Shown here one piece after another: positions 61,540-64,000 of a stretch of DNA of 64,000 nt. Under the pieces are notes generated by a model. It saw nothing but the letters and a program-made list of their open reading frames with translations, was not told where the DNA came from and searched no databases. Numbering within the stretch: position 1 is the first letter of the stretch; the number at the start of each line of letters is the position of its first letter. Source of the stretch: Raillietiella orientalis (lineage: Eukaryota); assembly GCA_036172245.1 (NCBI GenBank), contig JAYWIR010000052.1, positions 62,001 to 126,000 of the forward strand, given 5' to 3'. The position numbers were made by a program, and so were the translations under genes.

Positions 61540-63175
61540 CTTTTTTTTTTTTGGGAACAAGGGAAGAACAAAAACGCGCGCACGCACACAAACACACAGG
61601 TAGACACACACATTGCATGGATTTTCGTCTCGTACAACTTTGCGAAAAGAAAAAAAAAAAAAATGTACACACGGAGAGTACGCTGGTGCATCGCACATTA
61701 TAAAACGACTGCGTAAAACGCATTTCCCGACGTAAGCACTCCAACAAATTTTTAATGGGAAAAAATCAAAAGTGCAGTGCATTTTTTTTTTTTTGTTTAA
61801 TTTGAAAATTCCTTATCCTTCCTTCCTCTTCTCTCTCCGTCCCTCTCCTTCTCTCCCTTCCCACCCTCCCTCCTCCTCCCCCTCTCTCCCCTGTGTATGT
61901 GTGCGGGCTTATGGATTCCATATATGTGCGTGTGTGTGTGTTTTTACATGTAGCCGTGTGCACACACACACACACATGTACGTTCGTCGGTGGCCGTGTG
62001 TGCGCGTCTCCTCGAAACCGTGAAATGGTGTGCATTTTTTTTTTTTTTTTTCGTTCCCTCTCCTCCTCCTCTTTTTTTTTTTTCTTTCCTCTCTCCCTTC
62101 CTTCCCCCCCCCCCCTGAAGAATATGTAATACGATGTGGGGTGCCTTAAGGCATGAGCGATAGTTTCTATGCAGGTGGAAAACGACGACGTTCAGTAAAT
62201 CTGTCGTAGATTAGTATGCTTATGTCATATCCCGTAAGGATTGAGATATACATCTAAAACATTTACTTTGCATTGCTGGAAATGTTTTTCGTGAATCCGT
62301 AATGTGTTGGGGCCGTAGCAGGAACGTGTGTGTGTGTGTGTGTGTATATGTGTGGAATGGAGGAGGGAATTTTTTTTTTTTTTTTTTCCTTTTCCTTTTT
62401 CCTCTGGCCGAGATGTTGCAGTGAAACTTGGGGAAACGGATTGTACACTGGTAATACGGCCCCAGCATTGTTCCTCCCTTTGCCCCTGTTTGGTATGTAC
62501 GTAATTTTTGCTTACAGTTTCGTAGAATAATGTGGGGGAGGAAAAAGAAAAAGAGGGGGAAAAAAAAAAAAAAAAAATCGATAGATTGCATTGCTTATCA
62601 AACCGTGTTTAAAAATTTGATTTCGAAAATGTTCGGCAACCTTGGCATCGGTTTTTGCTAACAAAAAAACATTAGTTTGGGATGCCTGTAAACATTGAGT
62701 AGCTCTTGCATGCAACCGTATTGAAAATGTTTTTTTTCCACTCTTTTATGTTGTGTACATGCAGGTGGCATTTTCACAGAGTGAACAGAAACGTACAGCT
62801 TCCATGAAGAAAGGGTATGAGATTGTATATTATTTTTTCCTCCTGTGGGTGTGCACATTTTCTGAAATACTCACTGTAAGACAAAATAACGCAATTATTC
62901 AAATACCAAGTGCGGAGAATAGAATAAAATATACTGTGGCCTTTTTTTTTTTCTTTTTTTTGAAAAAAAAAAACATCCAGTGAGTATGATTGTTTGAAAA
63001 GTAATAGGAGAAAAATATTTAAAGTGCCTGTTATTCCTGTGTGCATCAATTTTTTCCCAAAGTGATTCGTTATTTTGGACATCATACGCCGTTTGCAAGT
63101 CAATCAAGTTTGCAATTCCCCTGTTTATTTTTGTTTTCTTTTTTTGTATCTTTGTGCGTATTTCTGTAAGCTGCT

Positions 63176-63454
63176 ATGGATTCTGAATTAGTAAGAAATG
63201 CACATATCTTTGTCAACAAAGTCGATTCATTTGTTGTAAAGGCACCTGTTTTGCCATCACTTCCATCTGATCTCAAATTCATACTAGGCTTTGTCACCTC
63301 TTTTGCAGTGTATTTGTGTTTGCATAGACATTATTTCCAAAAAGACCTTTCCACTAAAACTGCATTTCATTTACTGTTGCATGATGCTTGGCACTATGTT
63401 TTGTTATTTACTATCTTGTCAGCTTTGCTGATGGTTGTTTTAGTGCTATGGTGA
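63176..63454 (+). CDS. Candidate 92-aa small membrane protein (two hydrophobic segments), unrecognised
   Basis: ATG-to-stop ORF in AT-rich, CpG-poor DNA; I recognise no homology. Confidence 0.25.
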   Translation: MDSELVRNAHIFVNKVDSFVVKAPVLPSLPSDLKFILGFVTSFAVYLCLHRHYFQKDLSTKTAFHLLLHDAWHYVLLFTILSALLMVVLVLW

Positions 63455-64000
63455 TTGTGTTGTGATTTTCTCTGATTTTCATGTGCCCCATTTTAGTGGA
63501 TGAAAAACTTTGGTGATCTTACGGAGCCATTTTGTAATTAATTTCCAAATGAAAATATATCCTGCTGCAAGTTTGCACAAAAATCTCAAAATATTTTAGA
63601 AGGTGCTGCTTGTGCTCGTATTCCAAACTGTTATATTGATGCTCAGAGGCTTGTTAGTTGCTTGTATGCACCACATGAATCATGTACTTTTTCGTGTTTT
63701 TCTCAATATAGGTGGTAAAATTACGTTTAATAAGTAGCTGGTCTTTTATACAGTTTGGCATAAAGCTGAGCATCAACTGTTTGTAGTGAATGCATGTGTG
63801 TGTGTGTGTGTGATAACAACTGTAGTCACTCTTAAATACTAGTATAGTGTCATTGCTGGTGATTGATGGATCAGAAAGAATATCTTGAGAAAAAAAAGCA
63901 TTCTTTGTAGCAGAAATGGAGTGGAAACAGATTCAGTCATGTCAAAACATGTGAATTTAAATAAATTTGAAAACTGAATGTAAAGCTTTAAAATGTATTT

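Overview
Eukaryotic (probably arthropod-like invertebrate) genomic DNA. The AT-rich left end (1 to about 2.3 kb) carries the 5' coding exons of an SLC12A8-type cation-chloride cotransporter gene on the minus strand, with very short introns. From about 4 kb to 62 kb the DNA is GC/CpG-rich, has many homopolymer and microsatellite tracts, and contains no recognisable host gene; most ORF-track entries there are GC shadow ORFs. The core, about 14.9-48.9 kb, is a dense nest of fragments of an L1/Tx1-like non-LTR retrotransposon group in both orientations. ORF1 pieces, ORF2 thumb/zf-RVT pieces and 3' UTRs are abundant, but I could not see a YADD RT core or an intact endonuclease. Copies are inserted into each other with 11-13 bp target-site duplications (TSDs). 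They end in a conserved GC-rich motif (AATAAACGCCCCGGCGTGACCGG) instead of a poly(A) tail and share a covarying 3' UTR RNA fold. They are linked by several near-identical, mostly inverted duplications, the largest about 1.96 kb (31993-33954 / 40041-41988). A 3'-truncated U1 snRNA retrocopy with a perfect 11-bp TSD and a TA-flanked Tc1/mariner-type MITE are also embedded. All alignments were done by eye, and element boundaries are approximate unless defined by a TSD or repeat edge.
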